Part shown: positions 13,025-26,252 of the stretch, piece after piece
Layout: each line of letters begins with the position of its first letter
Numbering within the stretch: position 1 is the stretch's first letter
Assembly (NCBI GenBank): GCA_951406725.2
Contig: OX597816.1
Span: 54,002,001 to 54,066,000, forward strand
From: Octopus vulgaris
Lineage: Eukaryota
Length of the DNA stretch: 64,000 bases
Direction of reading: 5' to 3'
Position numbers and translations under genes: made by a program
The notes under the pieces: model-generated
What the model was told of the DNA's origin: nothing
The model's input: only the letters and a program-made list of their open reading frames with translations
Databases searched by the model: none

Positions 13025-13028
13025 TTAA

Positions 13029-13249
13029 CCCTTTCGTTACCAACCCGGCTGAAACCGGCTCTGGCTCTTTAGTACAAATGTCTGATTTTCAAAAGTTCTG
13101 AATTAAATCCTTCCACCAAACCTAAGTCACAATTTATGTCCCTAACTCTAGCTTAATGATAACGATGCTATTTTACTTAATTCTTTGTTATATTTAAAAT
13201 AATTGGAAGAAACACTGGGCATCTCAGAATAAATTCAGTAACGAAAGGG
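13029..13249. mobile_element. piggyBac-type MITE
   Basis: TTAA|CCCTTTCGTTAC...GTAACGAAAGGG|TTAA: perfect 12-bp TIRs with TTAA TSD. Confidence 0.9.
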
Positions 13250-14074
13250 TTAAATGATTAAAGTTTTCAAATGAGTTGATTAGTAAATTGTAAACTAAAA
13301 TTAACATTCCAGAATTTTCTGAGAGAAAATGGTAAATTTTATTTAAATAGACACATCCCTCTTTACTCATACTATCCTCTTCTATGGTTCTCTCCAAACT
13401 TCTTCCACCTTGTCTTTCTCAAATTACTATCTTTGGTCCTGATTCTACTTAACCTATTATTAGTTACTTTTCACTTATCATTATTATTGTTACTATTACA
13501 TTGTTATAATTATTCTTATTACTCCTCCTCCTCCCTGATCCACCCTTATTTTTTTTTCCTTCACTTCACCAAACTGATATTTACTGCATCCAACTCAACA
13601 CCCATTTCTAATTACTTGTCACATTTTCTCCACACTCAACTGCACTTACCTACCCACCCATCTTTTCTGTTCCCCCCTCTCTCTTATATTCACCTTGTAC
13701 CTTGACCACACATTTCTCTCTCCCTCTCCATCCAGATGGGGAAGCCATGAATTCTCACCTCTTCAGCAACACCCTTATTTCAGTCCCTCAATGATATTTT
13801 AATATACATCAATACTATACACCACTCATTTAAGGGGTCTTATCTTGCAAGTACTTGGTGGCCTCACCTCTGCTGGTGCCAAACACACACACACACACAA
13901 ACAATTAGCTCCCAATATGCTATGTGAAGTGGTTTGCACAAGGAAGGGCTTCCAGCTACAGAATCCATGCCAAAGCAGACAGTAGAATTCAATACAGATT
14001 TCTAGCATGTCCGTATATGGACTTCATACATTGTGAACTTCATACATTATGAACTTCATAGCAGTGAAAAAGAG

Positions 14075-14863
14075 TAGATACGTAGAAGTAGTATATAGCT
14101 TCCTTTATTTGGGTGAGCAAGTCAGCAGTAGAGGTGGATACTCCAAGAGCATAGCTACTGGAATAAGAATAGGCTGGGTGAAGTTAAGAGAGCTACTACC
14201 TTTGTTGATAACAAAGGGCCTCTCCCTCACAGTGAAAGGTAAATTGTAAGATGCCCATGTGCAAACAGAGGACATGCGAAAGCTTGAAAGAAGTCAAACT
14301 AGTATGCTTTGCTGGATGTGCTATGTCAGTGTGCATGTATTACAAAGTGTAACTACCTTGAGAGAAAAACTGGGCATAAGAGGCATCGGATGTGGTATGC
14401 AAGAGAGACAACTGTGCCGGTATTGTCATGTGATGCATATGGATAAGGACAGCTGTGTAAAGAAATGCTGATCTCTAATTGTGGAGAGAATCTGTGGAAG
14501 AGGTAGATCCAGGAATACATGGGATGAGGTGGGAAAGCCTGATCGCAGAGAAAATAATAACTGATCGAGACCTTTGGCAATTTGCTGTGCTTAAGACACA
14601 TCAAGCCGAGTGAAATCATTGTTTCTGGTGACATGTAAAAGCACCACCTCTGCCATTGACATGCGAGAGGCACCTGTGATGGTGACATGTAAAAGGCACC
14701 CACTACAATCTTGGAGTGATTGGCATTAGGAAGGGCATTGAGCCATAGAAACCAAGCCAAATCAGATTGGAACCAGGTGCAGCTCTCTGGCTTACCAGTC
14801 CCAGTCAAACTGTTTAACCCATGCCAGTATGGAAAACAGATAATAAGTGATGATGATGATGAT
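14075..14863 (+). mobile_element. Old RTE LINE 3' fragment with family-C tail
   Basis: EVVYSFLYLGEQVSSRGG..RIGWVKLRELLPLL, EDMRKLERSQTSMLCWMC, then a (GAT)n tail. Confidence 0.8.
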
Positions 14864-14884
14864 ATGCAACAGAACCCCTATAAC

Positions 14885-15466
14885 TCATCGAGTTTCTTGA
14901 GGACATTACTCGAATCACTGATTGCGGATCCTGGGTGGATGTCGTTTACCTGGACTTTACTAAGGCTTTTAATTCTGTGCCACACAAAAGACAGCAGCTG
15001 ACTTGGCAGACACCCATAAAATTATTAACCATCTTACAAACAATAACTCTGAGCACCTTTTCAAACTCCACCTGTCTAACACCAGTGGACATGTTTACAA
15101 AGTCAGAAAACAGCACAGCTCCCATGACTTTCGGAAACATTTTTTCACGCTAAGAGTTGCTGAAGCATGGAACAAACTGCTGGCACCAGTAGTTAGTTGT
15201 CGGAGCACTGCATCCTTCAAAACTTCCATGCTTCCTGAGATTCGCCAACACTACACTTGATTTTCTCCCCTCCATACACACAGAAGCATGTATCTGACTC
15301 ATACACTGTTCACTTTCCAGACATACACACACAAGCATTATCTGACTCATACACTCTTCACTTCCCAGACATTTGTACATTACTGCATATACTTTATACG
15401 CACTTTTGACAAGTTGTGGTGCACCTGAGCACTGTATACAATAATTTCATTATTATTATTATTATA
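14885..15466 (+). mobile_element. Internally deleted CR1-clade LINE
   Basis: DVVYLDFTKAFNSVPHKR (RT) joined to the CR1 C-terminus SNTSGHVYKVRKQH..RKHFFTLRVAEAWNKL, with an (ATT)n tail. Confidence 0.85.
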
Positions 15467-16189
15467 TAAATTAGGAACCCCAATATATAAAATGCTAAAA
15501 AGCACTAAATATATGTGAAAAACAGTAATTTTCCTGCTAAATGACTGATATTTTCTTACTAAGAATAGAAGTTACATTTAGCAATAAAACTGCTGTATTG
15601 GCAATAATATTCACAACATCTTACAACCCGTCACAGCCCTTCACCATCTGGTACACATCACAACCAGAAAAACTGGGGTTCTTGGATTATACAATTGAAA
15701 AAGGTCAATTAAGACAGCAGAGGTTCTTCCTCCACATTTTCTCCTCTTCCGTTTACACACACACTATGAATGATATAAGAGTTGGGGTAAGTCTTACACT
15801 CAATGTACAAAATGCCTTTAGACTCTACCACTATTTAGTTACAAAGCACCAGTGCTGGTGCCACATAAAAATAAGCACTCAGTACACTGTAAATTTGTTA
15901 GCATTAAGAAGGGCACCCAGCTGTATAAACCCTGCCAAAACATACAATGGAGCCTGGTGCAATTCCTTGGCAAGATGGATGATGGACATTAAATGATAAT
16001 GATGATGACAATGATGAACTCAGAATGCAATATCTATTGAACACCAACCGCTTTCTTAAAACAAAATCAATTTGGGGGCCACAAGTAGTCTATATATGAT
16101 GGATGAAATAACTCTAGGAGCAGAGTTAAGACATTAACTTGTAGCAAACTGCTTGATGTGATGAGAAAGTGAATAGTTGTAGACTCTTT

Positions 16190-16660
16190 TCAGGTACATG
16201 GCGCCACTGTCCCCCGTCCCGTACCTCCCACACCCTCAGGGTTGGCACACTGAAAGGTAGGTCTGGTAAGATTGTTGAGATGCTTGAACGGAGATGTGTC
16301 GATATGTGCTGCATCCAAGAAGTAAGGTGGAGAGGAGGGTCCGCCAGGTTCCTCACAGGCAAAGAACACAGGTACAAGATTTTCTGGGCAGGGAACACTG
16401 ACGGGGTTGGGGATGTGGGTATACTTCTTGCAGAGAAATGGGTAGATAAGGTAATTGAGGTAATCAGAGTATGCGACAGAATACTTAAAACTAGATTAGT
16501 GCTCCATCATGGGTTAGCAACCATTATCTCACCCTATGCCCCTCAGCCAGGGCTACCCGATGAACAGAAAGACCGATTCTATGACACCCTCTTGCATACT
16601 ACCACATTGACGAATGACAGGGACCTTCACTTTGTGGATGGTGACTTCAATGGACATGCC
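16190..16660 (+). mobile_element. RTE AP-endonuclease N-terminal fragment
   Basis: VGTLKGRSGKIVEMLERRCVDMCCIQEVRW..GVGDVGILL..YAPQ..GDFNGH, APE domain motifs. Confidence 0.88.
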
Positions 16661-19138
16661 AGTGGCATGTGTAAAAACATTCGAGCGAGGTCATTGCCAG
16701 TACCACGGCACGTAAAAGGGCACCATTCGAGCATGATTGTTACCAACGTCGCCTTACTGGCACCTGTGTAAAAAGATTTGAGCGAGGTCATTGTCAGTAC
16801 CGCCTGACTGGCCCCCGTGCCGGTGGCACGTAAAAAGCACCTGGAATGTGGATTCCTGGAAGAGTGTTCTGGAATTCTTGAAATAAACTTAGTAAGTTAT
16901 TTGAATTGCAGTAGTAACTCTACCATGGATAGAATAAACTGAATGGTTAATTCCATCCCAAGCACAAATACATAACCAATGCACATATTGGGCTCCTTCC
17001 TCACCTTCTCATGTCTTGGACAACAAAGAATTAAGTTAAAATACCCAGTCATGAAGAACGATCCCTGATACAAAACTCAAGTGAGAACCCTAACTTAATA
17101 TAGCTTCTACACTTGGAATGGTGCTGCATATTTTTATCTCATACCCTATGCTATTACCCCCTATGCCATGACATGCTACTATAGATGTTATTCTAACTGT
17201 TCGCCCCTATTTATACAACCAAAGGCACAACTGTAACTATGAAGGAACCTCTATGTGGTCGGTTTCACTTGCGAGAAATAGTAGTCAAATCTCCTTTAAA
17301 TCACACCGTCTTTAAAAATGTAGTCCAAGATATGCAGCGCCAGATGAAAGACAGGATGATCACAGTTGGAATGGCATTGACTATAGGTTTACTTGATCAA
17401 GGCTGGCTGATGGTAAAACGTCATCTGTAACTAATGAGAGTACATTAATTAAAAGTAGATTAGTTTTCCATTTTTTTTTTAAGAGAAAGTTATCTAAATT
17501 TATTTATTTTAAATTATTAAATTTTCATCCTAAATTCTGAATTAAAAATGGTAAACTTTTACTATTACACCTGTGTCATGTAATAGGAAATAATCACAAT
17601 TAACTTTGGTGGAGGAATTTTTTTTTTAATTTTCGAATTTCAAAAAAAAAACAAAAACTTTTCTTTAATTTCTGGATCTTTTTGTTTTTTTTAAATCAAT
17701 TTAAAATACATACAGGTTGAATTTTTTTTGCTTAAATCCTAACAATGGACCATTAAATGTGTTCGTGGGGAGAAAAATATTAGAAAAACATTAATACGTC
17801 AGTGATAAAGAAACGAGCGAGGTAGGTTGGTTGTGAGATGTGCTAAAAATAAAAGCTAAACAGCCCTTAAACCAAACACAAAAACTTTTTGTGGGTGGGG
17901 GTCATAATCGTATGAATTCCTGCGTGTAGAACATAAATTCGCAAAATTTTTCTGAAATTTCCGAAAGATAAAACAGTTATGTAGGGGCGAAGGTGTACTA
18001 ATGCCTTATATATATATATATATATATATATATCGCTCCCCAGACACTACAGTATATGTGATGCTTAAATCAGAACTCCACGACTTTGGTAATTAAGCCA
18101 ATTAGACTGTAATTAGGTAAACAACAGAGTTAAACATAGCGAGGATTACCAATGCTTACAGCATGGTGCCAAGTGAATTACTTAACAACTTCCAAGATAG
18201 AAGGAATATTTTTGTTGAAGAACTATTTAATGATTGTGCATAATCACGAGCATCTCAAACAAATATATTCCGAACAAATTAATTACAAATAATAATAATA
18301 ATCCTTTCTAGGCACAGACTCTGAAATTTGTGGGCAGTGGGTAGTAGATTACACGATCCCAGTGCGTTATTGGTATTTATTTCATCGATCTCCAACGAAC
18401 GAACGACAAAGTCGACATCGGCGGAATTTGAACTCAGAACGTAAGAAGTCGGAAGAAATGCCGCTGCGTATTTCGATCGGCATATTGACGAGTCTGCTAG
18501 TTTGCCGAATCTGTTTAAAAAGTTGCATCATCAACAACACTGATAGAGTTTGACGATGCATAAATAAATAAATAAATAAAAAAAATTATATGGAGTAAAA
18601 TAATTATTTGATGCAAGTATAATTGTTGGTGGAAGTAGTTTAAGAAAAACCAACCAAGTTAAGTATTGGGTAGATCCCAACTTTAACCATATTAAGTCAA
18701 CATGGGTAAGGAACACACAATTGAAATTGATCAATGCGGAATTGTTTACGGATGGAGGTAGGGCTTGGTGTTAAATCATTGATATATCAAGTTGGCAGCC
18801 GTGAAATAACAGAAAATAAAGTAATCTAGCAGATACACACGTGTTAGGAAAGGATGCCAGAATAACAAGGTACTAAAATACATTCATCGTCTTGTTATAT
18901 AAAATATATATATAAGTATATACAAATACGATTTCATTTGTGCAGGGATCTATTATTAAATGAACACCACCGTAAATTTATTCTTTCAAGTGAGGTAAAT
19001 ACATATTTTACAAATACAGGAAATAAATTAAGGTAAAAAGGTTTTAAATAAATAAATAAATAAATAAATGTGCGTGTGTGTATGTATACATATGTATATA
19101 TATATGTGTGTGTGTGTGTATGTGAAGTGTAATCTCAC

Positions 19139-19256
19139 CTGCTGCTTAGTGAAGATGCTGACAAGTGTTGAAAATACCAAAATATGATGTAATAATAATT
19201 ATATTGGATTGTATTTACATGAATTAACCGCCGGTCCAGTTCCAGTGGCGAGTTGG

Positions 19257-19260
<4 letters not shown>
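19139..19260 (-). other. OLA1: Putative non-coding first exon of OLA1
   Basis: Donor GCAG|GTGAGA at 19139/19138 on the minus strand, just downstream of an ETS site in CpG-containing, TE-poor sequence. The ATG exon has an acceptor 1 nt before ATG, so an upstream UTR exon is required. The 5' end is uncertain. Confidence 0.55.
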
Positions 19261-19294
<34 letters not shown>

Positions 19295-19388
19295 ACAGAG
19301 AAAGAGAGAACAAGAGAAAGGGGGAGGATAAATAGATAGAAGGAGTGAAGATGAGGTTGAGAAAGAGAGAGAGAGAGAGAGAGTGAAA

Positions 19389-19397
19389 ACCGGAAGT
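19389..19397. promoter_or_regulatory. ETS (GABP/ELK-type) motif in the putative OLA1 promoter
   Basis: Perfect ACCGGAAGT beside (GA)n tracts, ~130 bp upstream of the putative first exon. Confidence 0.5.
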
Positions 19398-20768
19398 TGT
19401 TCAAAGTTATCTTCTCCTTAGCCTCGGTAGATTCCAAACTCCTCTCATATTAGGAAATACTGCATCTTTATGTTGATGAAATATTTTACCAATGCAATAA
19501 CGTTTCTAAAAGTTTAAGTTTATATTTTAAAAAATAATTTAAAGATAATCTTTATAAAGAACTTGTGAAAAATGTAATGAGAATATAGTAAACTTATCAA
19601 TACATTTTTGTTTTTTATCTAATAGTTTCGTTTTTCACCTGACAGCTCCAACTTTTAGACTATCATTATCTCGTTTGCATTCTTCGGGCACCGAGTCCTG
19701 AGAATATCTTTTTAGTGTCTAGGACAGTTACCACGTTTATAAGATTAAACCTGTTTTAGTAATATCATAACTTTTTGTTTCTGGTATCTATGTTTAGATT
19801 TTGCCTGGTTCTAGTTCCCTTGCACCACCCGTCCAGGCTCAGGGTCATTGGTGCAATTATTTCCATAATTTGTTTTATTGATTTGAATATTTTTAAACCC
19901 GAGAAGAAGCGTGACAGTATTAATGACTGACGATCTTGGGTATTAGAACTATCTTGGTACATAGAACTGCCAGGCGCCTGAAACCAAATATCGCCAAATG
20001 GCTTAGTCTTTATCCCTCGTTACTTTAGAATAAATTAAGTTTCTTGGTTTATGTCTCTCCTGGATAAACGATAAAAGTATTCCAGTTAAGGAGCAGAAAG
20101 TGAAAATAGAGGTGAACATCGAAACTAATGAGGGATCATTGAATCCTTTTTTAAAAAAACCATTAGGTTAATAATATACACTAAATTATTTCTTTTAACA
20201 TAAACAAAATCAGGCCTTTGTCATAACTTCACTTTGATGCTCCTCCACGCGATTTTTTTTTCTCCATATAACTTAATGAAAAATGCATATTTTAAAATAA
20301 AACCTTCAAGGCACAACATTTTCGAGGATGTCGATTACTATAATGTTGATAACATTTTAGAAAAAAAATTTTGGCGTAACTTCGGTATAAGTACCGGATA
20401 CATTTCAAGAAAGTGTATTTTTTTATATATATATATGGGGGGTTAGGGGTGGGAGAAAAGGGTTTCTGTTATCTTCAGAAATGTAAACAAAGCTACGTGT
20501 GTACTTATACCGAAGGATCGCCAAAAAAATTTTTTAATGGTGGGGAGAAGGAGTTTCATATTACCAACTAAAATTTGTTTCCATCAAATTTCTGTAACTT
20601 TACCATTTTTCTTTTCCCCACCCCTCTCAGATTTCTACACTTGAGACATAAACATCGCGTATTCTACCCTCAAAAACGTGTCTATCAAAATCATATTTAA
20701 AATTTTTCTAAAGAAATTTGGCATTGAGGAGAATGATTGCAAACTCCATCCCAAATTTTTTTAATGTT

Positions 20769-21160
20769 GAGTGGCTGTGTGGTAAGTAGCTTGCTTACGA
20801 ACCACATGGTTCTGTGTTCAGTCCTACTGTGTGGCACCTTGGGCAAGTGTCTTCTACTATAGCCTCAGGCCGATCAAAGCCTTGTGAGTGGATTTGGTAG
20901 ACGGAAACTGAAAGAAGCCCGTCGTGTATATATGTGTATATATATATGTATGTGTGTGTATATATTTGTGTGTTTGTCCCCCAACATTGCTTGACAACCG
21001 ATGCTGGTGTGTTTGCGTCCCTGTAACTTAGTTCGGCAAAAGAGATCGATAGACTACTAGGCTTGCAAAGAATAAGTCCTGGGGTTGATTTGCTCGACTA
21101 AAGGCGGTGCTCCAGCATGGCCACAGTCAAATGACTGAAACAATTAAAAGAGTAAAAGAA
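20769..21160 (+). mobile_element. SINE family A
   Basis: GAGTGGCTGTGTGGTAAG...CTTGGGCAAGTGTCTT...AAAAGAGTAAAAG. Confidence 0.85.
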
Positions 21161-22875
21161 AGTAATCGTAATCTATACATTCAAAAATGTACTTCTGAAA
21201 AATTTAATCAAAACATTTTTTTTTTAATAAAAAAAAGTAAACAAACCAGTGAAACCTTTTATATTTTGAAACTAAGTACGTTTGAGTCTTCATTATAACG
21301 ATGATTAATAAACCGAATTAGTCACTGCTATAATTTCAAAATGAGAATATCAGTTTATTTCAACCATACCAACAAACTCACGAGAAGGTCCCTTTAATAT
21401 GCGTGACTGCAATATAATGGACAAGTTTTAAATATCTGCTGCAGTAATCTTGTGCTGCTTGTTGAGTGAGTCACCAAGGTTTACTGTAGTCATTGTAACT
21501 ACATTCAGACCACTTGTGGTATTTCAGCTGTGAATTGATATATTTTAGTTTAACTATAAAGATGATTTAGGGAACAAATACCGAAAGGAGAAGAAAGTTA
21601 ATCTGTTTTCATATTCAAAGCATTTTTTTGATATCCCTAATTTATAATAAATTTTATATCGATCAATTTTATGTAACCGTTTACTGTTAATCTCTTGACA
21701 AAGAACAAGATGCTAACTTCATTTAGAACCATGAGTCAAAAGAGACAGGAAATATCCTTGGTACTATCGCTTTGGCAATTGTAATTTTAGAAGAGATTCA
21801 GGAACATAAAGGACATACTTCACTTTTAGCCCCTTTACTGAATATAAGTATAGCTGGATTAATATTGGGTTTAAATTGCTATAGGATCCATACATATATC
21901 AAGGGCACCCCAGGAGGGAGCAAGTGACTGATGTATTCATATGAAGAAAGATTAGGCATCTAACATATACCAATTTAGGACCACGAAGGACACATAACTA
22001 ATTAATAATAGTTATATGGAGGAGAGAAAATATTATTTTAATGTGATCTTGGCATTTATAGCCAACAATTGCAGGCAGACTTCACTATGAAAATATTGAG
22101 GTCTTAGTTATGGGAACAGAGTTTGCTCAAATTTGCCACTTGAAGTATAAAGGGCTAGAGATGATTGTATATCTTCATAGTAAAAGATTCTGACTTTATG
22201 CTAAGCAAATGAAAATAGACATTGCGTACCAGAGAGGCAAACTGATAAGAATGAGTAATTTCAATGTCTATGTTGGAGAAGTTGCCGGGTGTTATTAGAA
22301 AGCATAACATGGAGAGATGCAGTCCAAATGAAAATTTTTTTAATTTGTGCTCCAAGCAAATCCTCGGCATTGCCAAGACTATCTTCAAACAGTGTAGAAT
22401 GGACTTGAATACATCCAGGCTCGAAGTATTAGTCTCCTCAACAGCAGGGTGAAGGAAATGTACACTTTACATGGATAGTGAGAGGAACAAACTGTAGCAT
22501 GGGTCATGAAATACTCCAAGGACAGGTAGCCTTCAGATAAAACAAAACTAAATCTTCCTTATTAATTAAGAAACCAACAGGAAAGATGTGGGATTGGAAT
22601 GCAAAGCCCACTTTCAAAAGAGATTTAGCTGTGACTATGGAATTGTGAGAAATACAACAGCAAATACTTGGAAACATAAATGTAAGATTCTTGCTTGAAG
22701 AACACTTTATGGCACAGTTAAGACAGCATCTGTGAAAGCAACACTTAATCAAGACTAGTTTGATTGTAACAATACCACTGCGATTCTCCTGTTCAGCTAA
22801 AATATCTCTTGGCATTCAACATTCAATTAAACTCAAGTAAATTCAGAGAAGCTAGGATGGGATTACAACAATATA

Positions 22876-23108
22876 TATTTCTTTATTACCCACAAGGGGC
22901 TAAACATAGAGGGGACAAACAAGGACAGACAAAGGTATTAAGTCAATTACATCGACCCCAGTGCGTAACTGGTACTTAATTTATCGACCCTGAAAGGATG
23001 AAAGGCAAAGTTGACCTCGGTGGAATTTGAACTCAGAACATAACGGTAGACGAAATACCGCTAAGCATTTCGCCCGGTGTGCTAACGTTTCTGCCAGCTC
23101 GCCACCTC
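22876..23108 (-). mobile_element. SINE family B
   Basis: Full copy with 13-bp TSD TTACAACAATATA at 22863-22875 and 23109-23121. Confidence 0.88.
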
Positions 23109-24215
23109 TTACAACAATATACCAGAGGAAACTGAAGTGGTAGGAAAACCAAATGGTTGCATTGCAAACTCAGTGGCTCCATACATATGGTAGAAGGAGA
23201 GATGGAACCTTAGAGAAGAGGTACCACTTAGCAGAAGTTAGCAGACGGATAAACAATATTGCAAAGAGAAACATCAAATTCTTAATCACTTTGCAGAACT
23301 CTTCCACAAAATGCTCAATGTATTAATGCATGGTATGTAGCAAACCCTGAGAAATGTGATACAACACACTGTTGATGCATGAATGGAAGATCTGCTAAGA
23401 GTAGGGGAGGTTTTGGATAAAACAGAGTCACTCACAGATTGATAGGAGGCCTTCAGAATGGATGAGATCCAAGCACAAGTTTAGAAAATAGAAAAGATAA
23501 GCTGCTGCTGCTGCTCCTCCTCCTCCTCCAGTCATAACAGAGGAATTTAAGGTTGCCCATGGGAACCACTATGTGCTGATGATCTGTGAAAGAACTGGAA
23601 AAGAAATTCCAGGTGTGGAAGCAAAACCTGGGATCATAGGGCTTTAAAGTTAACTTAGCAAAAGCAAGGTCCTAGTAAACCAGAAAATGGAGAGGATACT
23701 ACTCACTTCAGGTGAATGGCCCTGTTCAATATATAGGAAAGGCATAGGCAGGAATTCCATATATATAGTGTACCTAGTGCAAGCTATTGACACATGGGAG
23801 GTGCAGTGAAACAGTAGAAAGATCAACAAAGAAAGTGGTGTTCATATGTGGAAGATGTGCAGCAGCCATAAAGCTTACAGATACATGGGAAACAGATTTT
23901 GTCAAATGCCCTGGCAGCAATGCTACATGGTAATAAGACATGGGCTCTGAATGTGAAAGATAATGTGAGGATAAGAGAAGAATGTAGCTGGTATGTTCCA
24001 TCATCATCTTCTTAATGTTTGCTTGGGTTGGACAGATCCTCCTACATGGTTTTTCCCCATTTGTCATCTCCTCTGTAAGGTTCAGCATCCTGAGATTGGC
24101 CATCATTACCTCTACCCATATCTTTCTCACTCTTTTTCCACAGTTCCCCTCAACTGGGATCACCAACCATTTTTTTCATTGTCATCATCATTATTTATAG
24201 CATGTTCACACCAAA

Positions 24216-25883
24216 TTAGAATTAAAGGGGGATCAGCTAAGAAGCGTTTAGAAAATTGGTCAACCCATTTTAAAAACCTCCTTGGGAAGAATGCCAAAAT
24301 CCCTGATAACCCCACTCTTCCAAGTGTGCCTATATCAGACACGCTGGACATCAACACCTCCCCTTTTACCATATTTGAACTAACAGCAGCCACCAAGCAA
24401 CTAAAAGCCTCAAAAGCATTTGGTCCCGACAACATCCCAGCTATAATTTGGAAGGATGATAGATTTCACACACTTTTGCTCAACCTCTGCAACCACACAC
24501 TTTCCACCTTTGTCGCTCCAAAGATTTGGCACCAATCTCAAATCATCCCAATACCCAAAAAAGGCGATTTATCCCTCGTCACCAACTACAGGGGTATATC
24601 TCTAATGTCAATTGCTGCAAAACTGTACAACAAACTGATCCTAAATCGTCTTGTCCTTTTTGTTGAACCTTTGCTCCGAAAGAACCAAAATGGATTCAGA
24701 CATGGACGCTCAATGCTGAGCCAGATACTATGCCTACGCAGACTTATTGAAGAATCAAAAGCATTTAATCGCGATCTTGCAATGGTATTTGTAGACTTTT
24801 CTAAAGCGTTCGATTCTGTAGATAGGTACAAGATGTTTGAAATCATTAAGCTCTATGGGATACCAGACAAAATCATTTCTGCCATCAAGGTCCTCTACAC
24901 AGATACGTCTTCAACCATCTTAACCCCTGACGGAGAAACATCATCTTTCTCAATCAAAGCCGGAATACTGCAGGGAGACACACTCGCCCCATTTCTTTTC
25001 ATCATTGTTGTTGATTATGTGCTCAGTATGTCAGTTGTTACCATCTCTGGCAAGGGCTTTGAAATAAAACCAAGAAGAAGTTCCAGACACCCAGCTGAGT
25101 ACTTGACAGACACTGACTTTGCTGATGATATCGCTCTTATCAGTGATTCTCTCTCCAATGCCCAGTCTCTTTTACAATCTCTTGAACAAGCCTCAAATTG
25201 TGTAGGTCTTTACCTCAATGAGGCCAAGACTGAATACACAAACAAGTGCCTGTCCAACAGTGATTGCATCATCCATACTCTCAACAATGCGCCCTTAAAT
25301 ATGGTTTCTGATTACAAATATCTTGGGTCATACATATCATCATCTGGAAAAGACTTTCTAACTAGAAAGGGTATGGCCTGGTCAGCCTGTAATGACATGC
25401 ATAAGATCTGGTCATCAAATCTAAGTAGAGACTTCAAACTTGAAATCTTCAAAGCCACAGTCGAACCAATTCTACTATATGGCTCAGAAACCTGGACGTT
25501 ATCAAAGAAGCTTGAGAGGCGGTTGGATGGAACCTACACTTGCCTCCTTATGAGAGCTCAAAATCTCTCGTGGAAGCGCCATCCAACCAAAATGCAAATA
25601 TATGGGAAACTACCACCTGTGTCATCTCTTGTGAAAGGTAAGAGAGTCCAGTTTGCTGGACATTGTTGTAGAGCTGAAAAAGAGGTAATTTCTACTCTTT
25701 TCCTCTGGAAGCCATCTACTCGCAATACCAGAGGGCGCACACTCTCTTACCCTGATGTAATCTCCAGGGATACAGGCATCCAGCAACAGGACCTCCATAA
25801 TGCCATGATGGACTGTGAAGTCTGGCATAGCATGGTAAATTCCATTGTCTCGACCACGGTCGAACAATGATGAATGATGATGA
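24216..25883 (+). mobile_element. 5'-truncated RTE-clade LINE with an uninterrupted reverse transcriptase frame
   Basis: KAFGPDNI, PKKGDL..NYRGISL, QNGFR, FVDFSKAFDSV, GILQGDTLAPFLF, DFADDIAL, YKYLGS. (TGA)n tail and 10-bp TSD TCACACCAAA at 24206-24215 and 25884-25893. Confidence 0.93.
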
Positions 25884-25934
25884 TCACACCAAAGCACCCT
25901 AATGTCTTGCCCATTACAACATTTAATTCCTTAT

Positions 25935-26192
25935 AGTTCTATATTTAAGAGATGAGGAATTACATTATTTACATTATTTATATTTGATGGATATTTAGCC
26001 TCATCTTGTTTGTTGTTAACACAACATTTTGGCTGATATACTCTCCAGCCTTCATCAGGTGTCTTGGAGGAAATTTTGAACCTGGGTTCTCATTCCTAAG
26101 GCATTTTTTGATGTTGTTATAATTATTGTTGTTGTTGTTGTTATTATTATTCAGGTCACTGCCTGGAATCAAACTCGGAATCTTGGGGTTAA
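25935..26192 (-). mobile_element. tRNA-headed, hammerhead-tailed SINE-like element (inverted, 5'-truncated copy)
   Basis: Minus strand reads B-box GAGTTTGATTCC (26176-26165), (AAT/AAC)n, then a CTGATGA hammerhead core. Homologous to 26187-26252 plus 26844-27020. Confidence 0.7.
26018..26063 (-). ncRNA. Minimal type I hammerhead ribozyme, decayed
   Basis: GACAC-CUGAUGA-A-GGCUG(loop)CAGCC-AAAA-UG-UU-GUGUU. Stems I and II pair, but GAAA-CG has decayed to AAAA-UG. Confidence 0.65.
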
Positions 26193-26252
26193 GAGCATGG
26201 GTTATTAACCCTAAGATTCTGAGTTCAATTCCAGATAGTGACCTAAATAATA

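Noticed and set aside
23993-24215. N-terminus of the 625-aa ORF as part of a real gene
   Set aside because: It lies outside the TSD-defined RTE boundary and reads through an antisense old RTE tail. It is a chance open frame, and the element lacks its endonuclease and start.
26187-26245. Functional tRNA gene (also the heads at 2572, 29848 and 47157)
   Set aside because: No complete cloverleaf or acceptor stem is present, and each continues into a SINE body.
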